Below, piece after piece: positions 26,790 through 39,600 of a stretch of DNA of 64,000 nucleotides. The notes below the pieces were generated by a model. That model worked only from the letters and a program-made list of their open reading frames with translations. It made no database searches and was not told where the DNA came from. The stretch is from Camelus dromedarius (Eukaryota): the NCBI RefSeq assembly GCF_036321535.1, contig NC_087436.1, positions 47,370,001 to 47,434,000 on the forward strand, written 5' to 3'. The position numbers and the translations under genes are program-made. How positions within the stretch are numbered: position 1 is the stretch's first letter; each line of letters opens with the position of its first letter.

Positions 26790-27900
26790 ATATAATAACA
26801 GTGCTATTATAACACTGAAAAATTAAGTCTCTAATATCAAGAGTCTAGGGACTCTTCAAATCTCCCCTATTTAAAAAGATTTTTTTTGTTTGAATCAGTG
26901 TTCACATAAGTTCATGTATTTCAATTGCTTGATATTTCTCGTAAGTTTTCTTTTAATCTTTAGTTTTTCCCCATTCATTTTTTTCCTGTAATTGAATTAT
27001 TGAAGAATCAGGGTCATTTATAATGTAGAGTTTTCCACAGTTTGGATCTGAGTGATTGCATTTATGGTGAGTTTACATCTTCCTCTTTTCTCTGCATTAA
27101 CTAAAAACTGATCATTTGACCTGAAGACTTGATTAGAATCAGGTTTGATTTTGGGGGCATTAATACTTAATAAGGAGGCAACAAGTTCTAATGTTCTTTA
27201 TTTTCATGATTTGGCAGCCATTGAGGACCACTGTCTATATCCATTATTTCATTAAAAGGTGTAAAATGGTGATATTATAAATCTGCCTTTCCTTCTTAAT
27301 TTATTAGCTGTATGTCTACAAAGAGGAACTTCCCTTATCAACTTTTTCATTACTTGACTTAGAGTTAGTATGTGGAAGGCAGGGTAAATGCTTAATTCTT
27401 TCCTTTTATTTATCAGTTTTCAAAATAATGAGTTGGTTTATTAGCATCCTCCAAGGGTGACAAGTTCTTTTTTAATTACCATGTTATAAACATCTAGATT
27501 TAAACGTATTTGATTTGTTTCAACATCTTATAGTTATTGTCCCTTTAGTGCTCTAATTGTGTCATTTTGATAGGGGAAAACTCTTCAAGTTGACTTCTGA
27601 GTCCTTTTGACATAATCCTAGTAGGTTTTGATAATTCCTTGTTTTGGGTTTGACAAGATGTTTCACGTTCATTTGTATGAATGGTGTCTGAAATCATAAA
27701 TTTGAATTGATAGTATCAATGTAAACTTCCGTTGTAGTTTACCTGAAAAAAGTCTTTCACTGAAGAAGCCCAGAAATATGGACTAACTCAGAAGCACTGA
27801 ACACTCCTAGAAGCCCAGACCGTGATATCTAAATACCATTTCCTTCTAAAATCCAGAAGCCCTAGGACTGCTCGGAGAGATGGCTGATTCCAAATGTAGT
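26790..27900 (-). mobile_element. Old LINE1 3' UTR (L1MC4/5-like)
   Basis: ttcaagttgacttctgagtccttttgacat, taaatgcttaattctttcctttta; related pieces at 25.02-25.15 and 25.68-25.9 kb. Confidence 0.6.
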
Positions 27901-28266
27901 TCTGTGTTTTCATTTGAAGCTTGGGATCCTCTTCCAAGCTCATTCCTGCTATTAGCAGGGTTCAGCATTATATTGAAATTCAGCTCTATAATACAGACTG
28001 TAAATGAATAATCCCCACAGAAAAAGCTACAAGGAACCACTGACAGTTTAAGAGGTCAAATAACAAGATTGAATTTCCAATTTAGGTATAATCACTCTGA
28101 CAGCAATGTTAAGAATGTGTGGGCAACAGGTGCACCGGTAGGAGGATGCCCAGTTAAGGGGATTAATTGTGGTTCATCCTGGATATGGGGAAGGCCTAAT
28201 ACTAAGACAGTAGCAGTGGGGTAAATAAACAGGGACAGATTTACTAGCTATTAAGAATGTGTGGCT

Positions 28267-28385
28267 TTTTAATACCTTATAGTGATAAAGAATATATACA
28301 TATATTTATAACTGAATCAATATGCTGTATACCAGAAACTAACACAACATTGTAAATCAACTATACTTCAATAAAAAAGACAAGA
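28267..28385 (+). mobile_element. Very short LINE1 3' tail insertion
   Basis: acacaacattgtaaatcaactatacttcaataaaaaa; 14-bp TSD aagaatgt(g/a)tggct (28253-28266 / 28386-28399). Confidence 0.85.
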
Positions 28386-29459
28386 AAGAATGTATGGCTG
28401 TCTTGGGCCCATACAGCTCCTCTTGTCCTGCCCCTGACCCTACCCAGCTGTATTGCGTGATAAATCACTTCTCGGTCGTCAAGGGCTTTGTAGTTAACAG
28501 ATACTGTTTAATAATCATTAGGACCTGGTGGACTCTCTGCTTTCTTAGTCCCCAAGTAATGCTGAAGACCTTCACTGACATATTCCCAGTGCCCAGGAGA
28601 CTAGTTGCCCATCCACAAATCTTGACTTAGGAATGCACTTCCTGCTCCCAAACACCACTCCCATACCCTAGGTTAACTATAAAATTATCCCAATAGCCCC
28701 TCAGCCGTGTGGAGTGCGGCTGTGAAGGCTTCTGGATCATTGCCCTCCCCATCCCATCCTGTAAGTTACTGTATTATAAACTGATCCATTGATTATGTGG
28801 AGCTTCCTGCCTCATTTTCTCAGTCTCAAGATAACTTCTAAGTTTGATGGGCACTTTTCCTCACCCCTGTCCTCCACCAAAGAGGCAGCAACGTCAAGTC
28901 TTAGTGACTGGGGTGTATGTGTGTAGGGGGAGGGATCGAGTTATGAAGGAGGAGTTTCACGCAACTTACCTTGGTGCTAGGAGCAAGTTACGGAAAAGCC
29001 CTTAGAATAATGAGGTGAGAGGGGAGATAACTCCCGGGGAAGCTCCTCTGCACCCCCAGCCCATCCTCCTGGTAAGTAGCCCTGGAATAGCTAGGTGAAT
29101 TTGAAAATGTCCTCCACAGATGGGTAACTAGGGACCCTCCCTCAACCTGGATTTCATTCTCCTAAGGATTTCCTGAGAACCTAATAAAATAGAGGCCCCT
29201 TTTTGGCCTAGCCGGTGAGAAGTACCTGACAGAAATCTGAAGAGAGGTCTCCAAGTGGGGAAGGAGGCACGCGGCAGATAACTACTAACACCATAGGATA
29301 CTAATTACTGATGTCGAGGGATGGGGTATTGACTTAAAAAAAAAAAAAAAAACAAAAACTGCATTGAGCAGAATTTTAAAGTAAAGTAGAGCGGGTGGAG
29401 AACGAGCTGTTCAGTAAATTGATTCTTTCCTTTGCGAGGCTGGAAAATTCCTTTTAAAA

Positions 29460-30450
29460 TATGGCCAGGCCGACCTGGGCACAGATTTGGAGGATAGGAG
29501 ACTGGTGGCCGGGCTTACGGAGGAAAACCCAGAGGGGCGGGCGACCACGTCAACGCCTTCTCCCATCCAGCACTCCAGCAGCAGCGACAGACGCACGAAG
29601 AGCTGGAAGCCGGGTGTCTTCCTCGCCTTTCCTGACCGAGGACAGGGGCGCGGTTCCAGCCTTTGCGCTTGCGCAGCGCCAGACGGCGCGCCTGGGAGGG
29701 CCCCGGGAAGTTCCACGACTACCTCCTCAGACCCCGCCCCTTCCTCAGAATCAAGGGGGTGGAGTGTCGCGCGCTCTCTGAAGCCCCGCCCCCAACTCCT
29801 GCCTCTGGCTCTCTTCCATTGCTTCGCCCCACCCCACATACCTCTGCCCCGGACCCATTTCGGAGGCGCGGCCGACGCGCCGTGCAGTCTGGGCCACGAG
29901 TACGAGCGCGTGCGTACGACAGCGCGCGCCCGCCCAGTCGCGAGGACGCCCCGCCTTCCTGCCCCGCCCCCGCCGGCCTCCCTCCTCCGGCTACCTCCTG
30001 GTGCTGAGAATCCCGGCACCCGCGCCCGCTGTGTAGCCATGGAGGTCCCCGGTAGCCTGTGCAAGAAAGTCAAGCTGAGCAATAGCGCGCAGAACTGGGT
30101 GAGTCGGAGCAGAGGTGCGGAGGAGGCTCTGGGAGGCTTCGGCTGCGGCTCGTTTCAGAGCCGCTGCCTCCTTACCGCCTCCTCCGCATCCTCCCTGGAG
30201 AGCCGGGAGTGGTACCCGAGGCCGGGCGCCATCCAGCTGGGGCGGTGGGTGGTGCCGCGCGGAGTGGCCTGGAGGGGGCGGGGGTCTCGGGCTGGGTGCG
30301 GTCCGATCCACGGTCCGTGGGAAGAACGCCGCCTTCTCCAGCTCCTCGCCTGGATGAGACCTCGGGGAGGATCTTTCGGGAGTGAGCTGGCAGCTGCTGA
30401 AACCTGCACCGCCGAGGGGGAGCTGCCAGCATCCTCTGGAGTGGCCTGAA
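29460..30450. promoter_or_regulatory. CpG island / PAPSS1 promoter with no obvious TATA box; GC boxes (29732-29740, 29783-29793, 29961-29970) and an NRF1-like site TGCGCTTGCGCA (29664-29675)
   Basis: Abrupt GC/CpG-rich ~1 kb around exon 1 in an otherwise CpG-depleted window; motifs read directly. Confidence 0.92.
30039..30098 (+). CDS. PAPSS1: PAPSS1 coding exon 1 (MEVPGSLCKKVKLSNSAQNW), contains the KKVK nuclear-targeting motif
   Basis: Strong Kozak gccATGg at 30039; 20 codons matching the recalled mammalian PAPSS1 N-terminus; donor TGG|gtgagt; lies in the CpG island. Confidence 0.97.
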
Positions 30451-31735
30451 GATCTGCAGAGGAGGCAGAGACAGGCACCTTTGGTGCGTTACTGGCTTTT
30501 CTTGGCTCTGCCAGTGCTGTTAGCCCAGGTTTGGGTCCATCCCCATGCCTTTCCATTTCTGAGTTTCAGCGTGAAGGGAGAGTACCCAACAATGTGGCCA
30601 TTCATGAGTTGAGACTGCCCTGAACTGAGGTTCTTTGTGACTCGGTGTTAAATTGGAATATCTAACAAATAACATGGAGACTAAAGTGTGGGAAAACTAA
30701 TGTTTTATAACGTTTAGCAAGGACTGCCAGTTGGCTTTGATGGTTAAGTGTTGTGTCCTCAGAAGGTTGCTTCCTTCCTTAATTATTCTTTGGTAAGAAA
30801 CAGCCTTAAGGTAAGATTTTGTAAGTTCAGAGAGGGGCGGAGTGGAGGAGGTGTTGTCCAGCTTTGGAGTCCAGAAGGCAGTGGTTTTACATTTGAATGG
30901 AAAATTTTATTTCACAGTACAAGATCATGAGGTTTAAATGTAGACTTGTAAATCATCATTCCCCTTGGTGAGTCGAAGAAAAATAAAGAAGCCATTTCAG
31001 GCAAATGTTCATTTCATGTCATTAATTTACCGTATCTGTTGTTACGAAGGATTCTCACCCGTTCCTTTCTCCTCTTAGTTATTTAACTCTTCCTTAGATG
31101 ATAAGAAGAGAGAGGAGATAAAAGGTGAATTAGTACATTGGAAAGAGCACTGGACTACTGGCCTGATCTCTGGTTCCAGTTTTGCCAATTAGTAGCTGTG
31201 TGATCTTGAGGAAAAACAGTCTACTTCTTTAGACCTCAGTTGACTGAAAGGTGTAATAGTGTGTATTTCACTGGATTGTTTTGAAGGGTAAGGAAGATAA
31301 TGAACTGGAAAGTGCAATGACACCTCTGCCAGGGAACTACTGATACTGTTCCTGTTACCTTGAGGTATTTTCTGGTTAGGGAAATAAGGTTGGCTAAATT
31401 AGAGTACTTACAGGTCATTTCAGCTACACTGTCTGTAACTCATTTGCCAAATAAGTGCATGTTCTTTGTAGGGGCACATGCTACTCATGGAGAATATGAG
31501 AAATGAGGGGCTCAGTGCTTGCCTTCCAGTTGCTCATGGCCTGGTTGGGGTTGTAATGGGCATTTGCCAGGTGATGAATATATCATTACAGACCCCAGTG
31601 AGTTGTGTACAACATTTGTTTTATCACAGTTTAGAGGAGAGATTAATTTAGCCTGTATGTTTTGGGGAGGGTTTTAGGACGAAAAATGTGCTCAGATTTC
31701 TGAGGCAGAGGGGATCTGTATGAATAAGGCCTAGG

Positions 31736-31786
31736 AATAAAAATAAAATAAAAATAAAAATAAATAATAATAATAATAATAATAAT
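31736..31786. repeat. (AAAAT)n/(AAT)n simple repeat
   Basis: Read directly. Confidence 0.9.
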
Positions 31787-32344
31787 TTACTCCAGGAGTA
31801 ATGAGAAGATCTATTTAACCACTCTAGGGGAGTTTTTGTTGGTTGGAGATAAGATTGAATAAACAGGATGGGGCTAGGTTATGCAGTTGTTAATGTTTGG
31901 CTGCTGAGTTGAGACTTTATATACTCTGGGAGATTTTTTTTAGGTTAAAAAATGGGTTTTTTTTTTGCATTCTTTAGTCAATTTCTGGTGTACAGCATAA
32001 TGTTTCAGTCATAAATATACATACAGAACAGATAGGGTTATAGAGAGGTTTAAATGTATTAATAGAGTTGACGCTTGCTTGATACATGAGTTTTTCTTGT
32101 TGTTACTGTTATTAATTCATCTAGTGTGAGGGTGTGAAGTATGGGGTTAAGATGGTGCTGGGAACAGCGTAATAGATGCATTACAAGCATTCAAGGAAGA
32201 GTAAGAAGGACCTGACTTGAGTTAGGGGATGAAAGAGGGAGATGTGTTAATAATGATCCTGAGGTTTTAATACTGGGAAATGAGGAGAAAGGTTGTGAAA
32301 TGCAGGGGAAATTGGGAAGTAGGTTGAGGGCTGGAGTGGGGGTG

Positions 32345-32840
32345 ATAATAGTTAAACACCAAAGGAGAGTTTACTGTGTGCTAGGTACTATTTGAAATGT
32401 TTTCCCTAAATTAACTTACTGAATTTCTGTTACATTTTTGAGGTGGGTATCAGAGAGACAGCGGTTTCAAGTGAGGACTCTGGAACTGACTGCCTCTACT
32501 GGAACGTGGGCTCCACTATTTACTAACCATGTAACCTTTGGCTAGTCACTTAAATTCTCTGTGCCTTGGTTTACTCATCTATAAAATGGGAGTGATATCC
32601 TCACAGAGATATTGTAACGATTAAAGGAGTTAATATATGAAAAATACTTAGAACTATGTCTGGCCTATAGTATGTGTTGTGTCTGTGTTAGCTCTTATTA
32701 AGTATTGTGTGTCAGATCTTACTGTTATAGTTATCCTCTTTATTATAAATAGTAGCACCATTTTATAGATGAAGAAACTGAGACACAGAGATGTCACAGA
32801 GCCTGTGGGTAGTGGATCCAGTTTTAAGCATGCTGCATGT
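32345..32840. mobile_element. Cluster of MIR SINE fragments in both orientations
   Basis: MIR core (cacttaaattctctgtgccttggtttactcatctataaaatggg; ttttatagatgaagaaactgagacacagaga). Further MIRs near 8.6, 10.5, 31.2, 34.3, 41.6, 47.9 and 48.3 kb. Confidence 0.8.
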
Positions 32841-32869
32841 GAGGGATGGCTTTAGTAGAGGTAGTCTGT

Positions 32870-33157
32870 AGAGCAAGACTATCTAATAGAAATATAATGT
32901 GAGCCACATAATGTAATTTAAATTTTTCTAGAGGTCACATTAAAAAAAGTAAAAAGAAACAGATTGAAATGAATTTTAATAATTTATTTAACCCAGTATA
33001 TCGAAAGTACTGTCATCTCAATATAAAAAAGAGTTCAGTACTATCATAATATAAAATTGTTAAGATTTTACCTAAGTGTATATTTTACACTTAGCACACA
33101 TCTCAATTCAGACTCACCAAATTTTAAAAATTCAGCAGGAACATGTGGACAGCACAG
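32870..33157 (+). mobile_element. hAT-Charlie MITE (MER33-like)
   Basis: ctaatagaaatataatgtgagccacat...acattaaaaaaagtaaaaagaaacag...tggacagcacag. Confidence 0.8.
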
Positions 33158-34910
33158 CTATAGGGACTGAGTTAGGTTAAAGTTGGAAATAAAGATTTGA
33201 TGGTTAAATTTCAGTTAGAGATTATAAAGAGAGAAAAATGAGAGACCAAGTACTAAGCAGACTTAGACCAAGTACTAACTAATGTCTCCTGTTAAGGAGC
33301 AGATCAAAGAAGTGGCTTCATGGGAGATACAGACAGGGAGATAGGAAAAGGTAGTGGCATGGCGCTGGGGAACGCTGTTCATTTCCGCAGTAGGGTGTCT
33401 CCATATTTCTACAAGAATAGTAAGGAAAATCAAGAATGAACATCGCCCTTTAGCCTCCTCTTCTCTCAGTCTGACAAAGCATCGGATGTAATGAATGTCA
33501 TTCTCCATCTGACTGAACCTTTCTCCAGGGGTCCAGTTTCCGTCTGCCTTGGGAGTGTGTTAGTTGGACTCCGGGGAATATGGGGCGCTCAGTTCAGACC
33601 CAGGTGTCACTCATCCATTTAATAGAATCATGTTGGGCCGAATCCCTGGCTTGGACCCACTTTACAGTGGAGTTGATCCTGCTGAAATCTAGCGTGGTAT
33701 TCAGAGGCGCAGACAGTCTCACTCTGGTTGGCCATTCCATTCCCCTCTCTCCTCCACTCCCCACATTTTCATAGCTCTGTATCTCCAGGCCCAACTTTCT
33801 TTCCAGACCTTACATGCTCAGGGTGTTACACAAGCCTTTCTTTCTGCCTAGGATGCCTTCTGCCTAGGATGCCTGTTCTCCTGACTTGCGGAGATCTTCA
33901 GAGTCTCGGGCCCCTTTACCATAGCAGTGTGGCCCTCCTGCGTCCACATGCTCACACGTGGGCTGAATTGTTTGTGCACCTCCATATTATGTTGCACTCT
34001 GCTGTTATATGTTGTGGAATCATATTTTATTATAGATGTTTTGTCTCTGCCCTGAGCGTCTCCTAATATAACAGGATGGGGATAGAGGGCAGGGTGCAGA
34101 GTAAGCTTGGGTACTTATGATATTAAAAGCCTTAAATAACTTACTATTAGCACAGCTTAAGAAGGAGAATAAGCTCCATATGTGGTAGGATTGAAATTAC
34201 AATTTTATCACTTCCTGTGTGACCTTGGTCATGTTACCTAACTCCTCTGTGCCTCAGTGTCTTCAGATGCAATAATGTGGGTAATAAAACATACCTTGTA
34301 GTGAAGATAATAGTGTATACCTCATAGGGTTCTTGTGAGGTTTAAGTAAGTTAATATATTTAAAGCACTACAGTGTGGCACATGAGCACTCTAAAGTGTT
34401 CTTATTTACTAATTCATCAAATACTTAACAACAACTTTGTACCTTTGTTCCAGGTGCTGGGGATGCAGTGGTAAAAGGAAAGAAAAGGGTCCTGTGCTCA
34501 TGGATGTTACATTCTATCTGGGAGAGCGTTAATTAAAAAGCAAATAAATGAATGAGATAATTTCCCATTTGTCAGTTCTACCTTTTCCGAACAGTTTGTC
34601 CCTCATACCGTTTGACCCCTTTCATAGAAGGCCAGCAGCGCATGGTGGATTTTGGGGAAGCCTGAGGTGGTACAAAAGTGAAACAAGCAGGCAGAAATGG
34701 AACACATGGTGTATGAAAAGCAGTATTTTCATTCATTCAGGGCATTGACCTGCCTGTGGGCAGGGGCAGGGTTTGAGTTTCTTACCTTAGAAGCTAGGGA
34801 GGTGCTGCTGGAAAAATTGCCCAAAGGAGAGGGAAAGCTGGAATTCTACCAAGAATGTACTCTTTAACATTGACAATGATAACGAGAAGGATGACAGCAG
34901 CGTCTAGATC

Positions 34911-35240
34911 TGCAGTGTCCAATTTGGATGTCCCTAGCCACCTGTGGTAACTTAAAGTTAGCTACAGTAAGATGAAAAATTCTGTTCCTTTGTTGCACTG
35001 GCCATGTTTCAAGTGTTACATGGCCACTGTATTGGACAGTGCAATATAGAACATTTTCATCATCTCAGAAAGTTCTTTTTTAAAAATTTTTATTTTTGGG
35101 GGGGTAGTAATTAGGTTTATTTATTTATTGTTATTTGTTATTTAACTGATGTGCTGGGGATCGGAACCCATGACCTCGTGCATGCGCACTACCACTGAGC
35201 TATATCCTCCCCCCCATCTCAGAAAGTTCTGTTGGACAGG
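34911..35240 (-). mobile_element. hAT-Charlie MITE (MER3-like) interrupted by a SINE
   Basis: gtgtccaat...tattggacagtgcaatatagaacattttcatcatctcagaaagttct|gttggacag. Confidence 0.8.
35077..35214 (-). mobile_element. tRNA-derived SINE (vic-1-like)
   Basis: Perfect 16-bp TSD catctcagaaagttct (35061-35076 / 35215-35230). Confidence 0.92.
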
Positions 35241-35532
35241 GCAGGTCTAGTTGGTAACTTTGGGATGGCTGCTGACATTTGTTTCTACTTATCTGTGTAC
35301 TTAGGTATTCATGTATTCGTTTTTACTTTCTTCCTTGGGGAAGAAAATGTCGAGAGATAGAGGCTATTTTGGAATCATGGTTTGGGGTGGTTGTGCAGCC
35401 CTGACTCTGGCAGGGTACCCAGCAATCAGTGTTAGGCTCCCCTGAGAAGAGCTGCTTCTCTAAAGTTGAAATGTGAAATAAGATTCCCCCGTGTGTCTCT
35501 TATTTTGACTTTTGAGGAGTAGTTTTTCTCCT

Positions 35533-35700
35533 CCAGTGGTTCTCAACCAGGTAAAAGTTTGCCACCGCCACCCCCAGCAAGGAGGCATGGTATTTGGCAA
35601 TATCTGGAGAGATTTTTTTGGTTGTTATATTTGTATCTACTAGCCTGGAAGTTACCCATCTTTTGCTCTTTGATCGATCAAGTACCCATAGCATACCAAC
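35533..35700 (+). mobile_element. MER20-like hAT MITE fragment
   Basis: cagtggttctcaacc...tttggcaatatctggagagatttttttggttgt. Confidence 0.6.
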
Positions 35701-36019
35701 AACAAAACAGTAAAACTCCAACCCTGAATTGTTTTGAAAGCATATTATTACTAAGTAATTAGTTTAAATGAAGAGAGTAAGTTTTCTTTTTGGTGTTCAG
35801 CTAAGCAGTAATTATTTCTGTGAAATATCCTTTCCTAAGGACATGGTTCTTTACTAAGTAAGTTTTAACTGAGTAAAAGTAGTGGAACCATTCGACATTA
35901 TGTATAGAAGTGCAGCTTCTAATTGTGGATGGATGCAGCATTGTTCTTCTCTCTAGTTTCTTTGATGCTTGCGTCCCTTTCCTCTTTCTCTCTCATGCTT
36001 AAATATTCAGTTTATTTTT

Positions 36020-36690
36020 TTTTTAGTATATTCAGTTTTTAAGAATTTTTTAAAAATTGAAGTATAGTTGATTCACAGTGTTAGTTTTAGCTGTATAGCA
36101 AAGTGATTGAGTTATATATATATATTTCAGATTCTTTTCCATTATAAGTTATTATATGGTTTTGAATATAGTTCTGTGCAATACAGTAGATCCTGTTGTT
36201 TATTTTTATATAGTAGTATGTATCTGTTAATCCCAAACTCCTAATTCCTTCCCCCTAGTATATTCGCAACTTACAACCATCACCAATATCTAATTTTAGA
36301 ACACTTTCATCACTCCTGAAAGAAACCCTGTACCCATCAGCAGTCATTCCCTGTTCTTCCCCTTTCCATGTCTCTAGCCCCTGACAACAAATAATCTACT
36401 TTTTGTCTCTGAATTTCCCGATTCTAGACTTTCCTATAAATGGAATCATACAGTATATGGCCTTTAGTGTCTGGCGTCTTTAACTTAGCATAATTTTTCA
36501 AGGTTCATCCACTGTTGTAGCATGTATCAATGCATCATTCCTTTATATGGTTGAATAATATTCTATTTTATGTATATAACACATTTTGGTTCTCCATCAG
36601 TTGATGGACGTTTGAGTTGTTTCTACCCTTTGGCTGCTATGAATAATACTGCTATCAACATTCATGTTCAAGTGTTGTGTGTACTCTCAT
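36020..36690 (-). mobile_element. L1MB-like 3' end carrying a younger L1 tail (36034-36255)
   Basis: 10-bp TSD tagtatattc (36024-36033 / 36256-36265); L1MB phrasing follows. Confidence 0.82.
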
Positions 36691-39600
36691 ATGGTTTTAA
36701 TAGTCAATTTCCACTTCTGAGGTGGACATTAGTGTATTTTTGGCTGCCTGCCTCTGAACTGCCTTCATACATGTAGCAAATGCCTGGCTGTCACCATGGT
36801 GGGAGGCATGGGCTTGTCCCAGTGTGAAGATTTATCTGTTGTTTGTCTCCTTCCCTGAAATGTTTTTGATCCGTTTTATCCCCCATGTCTAGGAGGGATT
36901 AGTCAACAAGTAATGAGTGAACAGGTAGTCTCAGACTCATTTCTGACTTCAAGGAATCTGTTGGCTGGGCTTCCCAACTGGAGGTCACACAGGGGACCTT
37001 CCATGAAAGGGTTGATAGTTTAAAGGGTGCATCAAATTTAAGGATTTAAATGCTCTTTAACCTTTAAAACAGAGTAGTTGGAGAGCCATAATGTATATGC
37101 AGAATGCATGCCAGTCAGTACCTTAGTTCTGATTCCGGACGTCTGGGGTAGGCCTGAGTCCCTGACAGGTAATCAGGTCATGGCCAGTGTCGCTGTGCAC
37201 CATGCTTTGTAGCAGCAAGGTTTTACATTGTAGCCTTTTCAAGTGGTTTTCTTAATCCCCAGGAATGTATGAGCTTCCCTATGGCTGTTTGTCTTTGGCT
37301 TGTTAATGTTCAAAAGATTAATTTCAGTTACCAGTAACTCTGTGAACTAAAGCTTTCTTCTCATTGTACTCCACCATCTCTCCAGTTTATCCACAGTATG
37401 TCTTGTGACATAAAAGAAACGTGCCTGTTACCATTTCGGGTATTCTCTTCGGAGAAATACACTGTTTGACAGCCAGTTTAAGATGGGTGGTGATAGATGG
37501 GAAGTCCAGAATCATGCTTGATATTTGGTATATGCTCTGTGCCTTTGCAAATTTCACTTAAAAATGCAGAGTTCTTCATAAAATCATAATAAACCCACAA
37601 ACTGTGGAATTCTTTAAATAGCATCGTAGGAGAAGTTAATTTGTGCCAAAGGGAAGTGGATAAAAGAACAAAACAGCCATGTGGAAATTAAGGTGGATCT
37701 CAAAAGGGACATAGGGCCGCTTGTGTGGGTGTTGAGAACAGCAGTTTGTAGAGTGTGTAGGAAATGTACACCACAAATATGAGAGGCCACCTGATGGTAC
37801 CTGGTAACAGGACTGATAGTCATTTAGCCCCAGTCATAGGAAGCGAGTGAATTCCCTTGAAATGAATTGTCCCAGTTCTGCTAGACTTAAGATTTCTGAA
37901 TGTCAGTCATTATTTCATTTGCAAATTATACAGAGAAAAGAAATCACACTTTATAATAAATGCCTTATATCTAATTTTTACTAAGCACTTACCAGGCACA
38001 AGAAAAGAGATCGAGTGTTGTGAAGAATGCAAAGAACAATAACTCATAGTGCTTGACCTACCCTCCCAATGAAGTCAAAATGTGTACATGCAAAAACATA
38101 CCTCAAAGTATAAAATGGTCCATAAGTGACAGATGAATCATAAGAGCGGTAAATATTGCAAGGACTACCTGGTATATGTACATCAAGCCATGTATTTCTA
38201 CAAACCACCCAGACTGTTAGGAAAGAATAAGCCTGATTTCACTGTTTCTGTGGACAGAAAGAAACTAGGCCATTGCAGACTCTGAGAATAGGAATGTAGA
38301 GTCGGATGGAAAAACTCTGTTGGCCCTTAGTCACTGCTGTCATGTTTTTCCAGCAGAATTACAGGAAAGATTCGGCTAGAGTGGGTGGTAACTGAAGATA
38401 AAGGGGCAAGGGGAACTAGAAAATTGCATGTAGAAGTCGCCTTTAGATTTTTAGTAAATTCAGGCATAACACCCACCACCTTGCAATTTACAATAGTTTT
38501 AAAATGTGCTCTTTGATTTACTCTGAAAATCTGGGAGGTTAGAGATTGTGGCAAAATTTTTTTTTAAGTTTGTTCTTCAATGTGAAAAATATCAATCATA
38601 CATAAACAATAAGCCTTTTTATACCCAGACTTCCATATTTGCTGCCAGATTTTTTTTTTAATGTAGGAGGCAAGACCCCAAGGGAACACACTTTTCTAGT
38701 GATTAAAGCAGTCTGCTTATCCTAGATCATATCCTCAGCAGTTTATAGCTTCAGATAGTTTTTGTACATTCTCCTCAATTTAAAAAGAAAAGCAGCGGAT
38801 AGTTTATGGTGCCAAAATGAATTAAAATTCATTAGATACGTGTTTCTTCTTGCACCAAAGCAAAGTAACTAGGAAAAAAATCCCAAAACCAAATGACCAA
38901 GTTAGACAGGTTCTACAGGTGTCAGCAGCTCACTTGTGTATTCCCCTTCCGGCCCCCTCAGCTCCCCTCTCCTCCCAGCTGGCCTGGTTCGAGCTGAAAA
39001 TGGGAAGAAATTGAGAAGAAATGGGTTGGGAGACCCATATTAGAACTTTTCGTGGTTTTTGAACATATGAAAGCATGATTTTATTGGAAATACATCTGTT
39101 AATGATTTGGTTAGTGGGACAGGCATGCAGCTTTTTTGGTGCGCCTGTGGCAAGAATGGTCAGATGGTCCCTTCGGCTCCTGTGGATCCCTGCCTGCACC
39201 CCGTGCAGGGCAGTGAGTGATGGTCAGATGCAGGTGGGCAGAGACGCTTTCTCCTGTACTCTCAGAGTCTTGTGCAGGGGGAGGTGGGAAAAGAGGCGCT
39301 GAACCTCAGGCACCTTCTTGAGTGGACGTGTTTTAGAAAAGGGTACATCTGGAAGTTGAAGACCTGGATGGAAATACGTCCCTTTACAAAGTCCATATTT
39401 GCATTCTTATGAGGATATTTGTTCCCGTTTTGAAGACCTCTGGGCCAAACCACAGCCCTGGTTGAATCTGTCTCTGACTGTTCCATGCCTCAGCCGGAGC
39501 CACTCATGTGGCTGTGGAAAATACCGCTGGTCATACCAATGGCCACTGTTCTTGCTTTAAATGTGTGATTGTTGCCTCCAAATGGCTTGTTCGGACTGCC

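Noticed and set aside
29411..30612. Many long overlapping ORFs on both strands (223, 320, 133, 114 and 106 aa)
   Set aside because: Stop-codon depletion in a CpG island; low-complexity Arg/Pro/Gly/Ala content; only 30039-30098 matches a real protein
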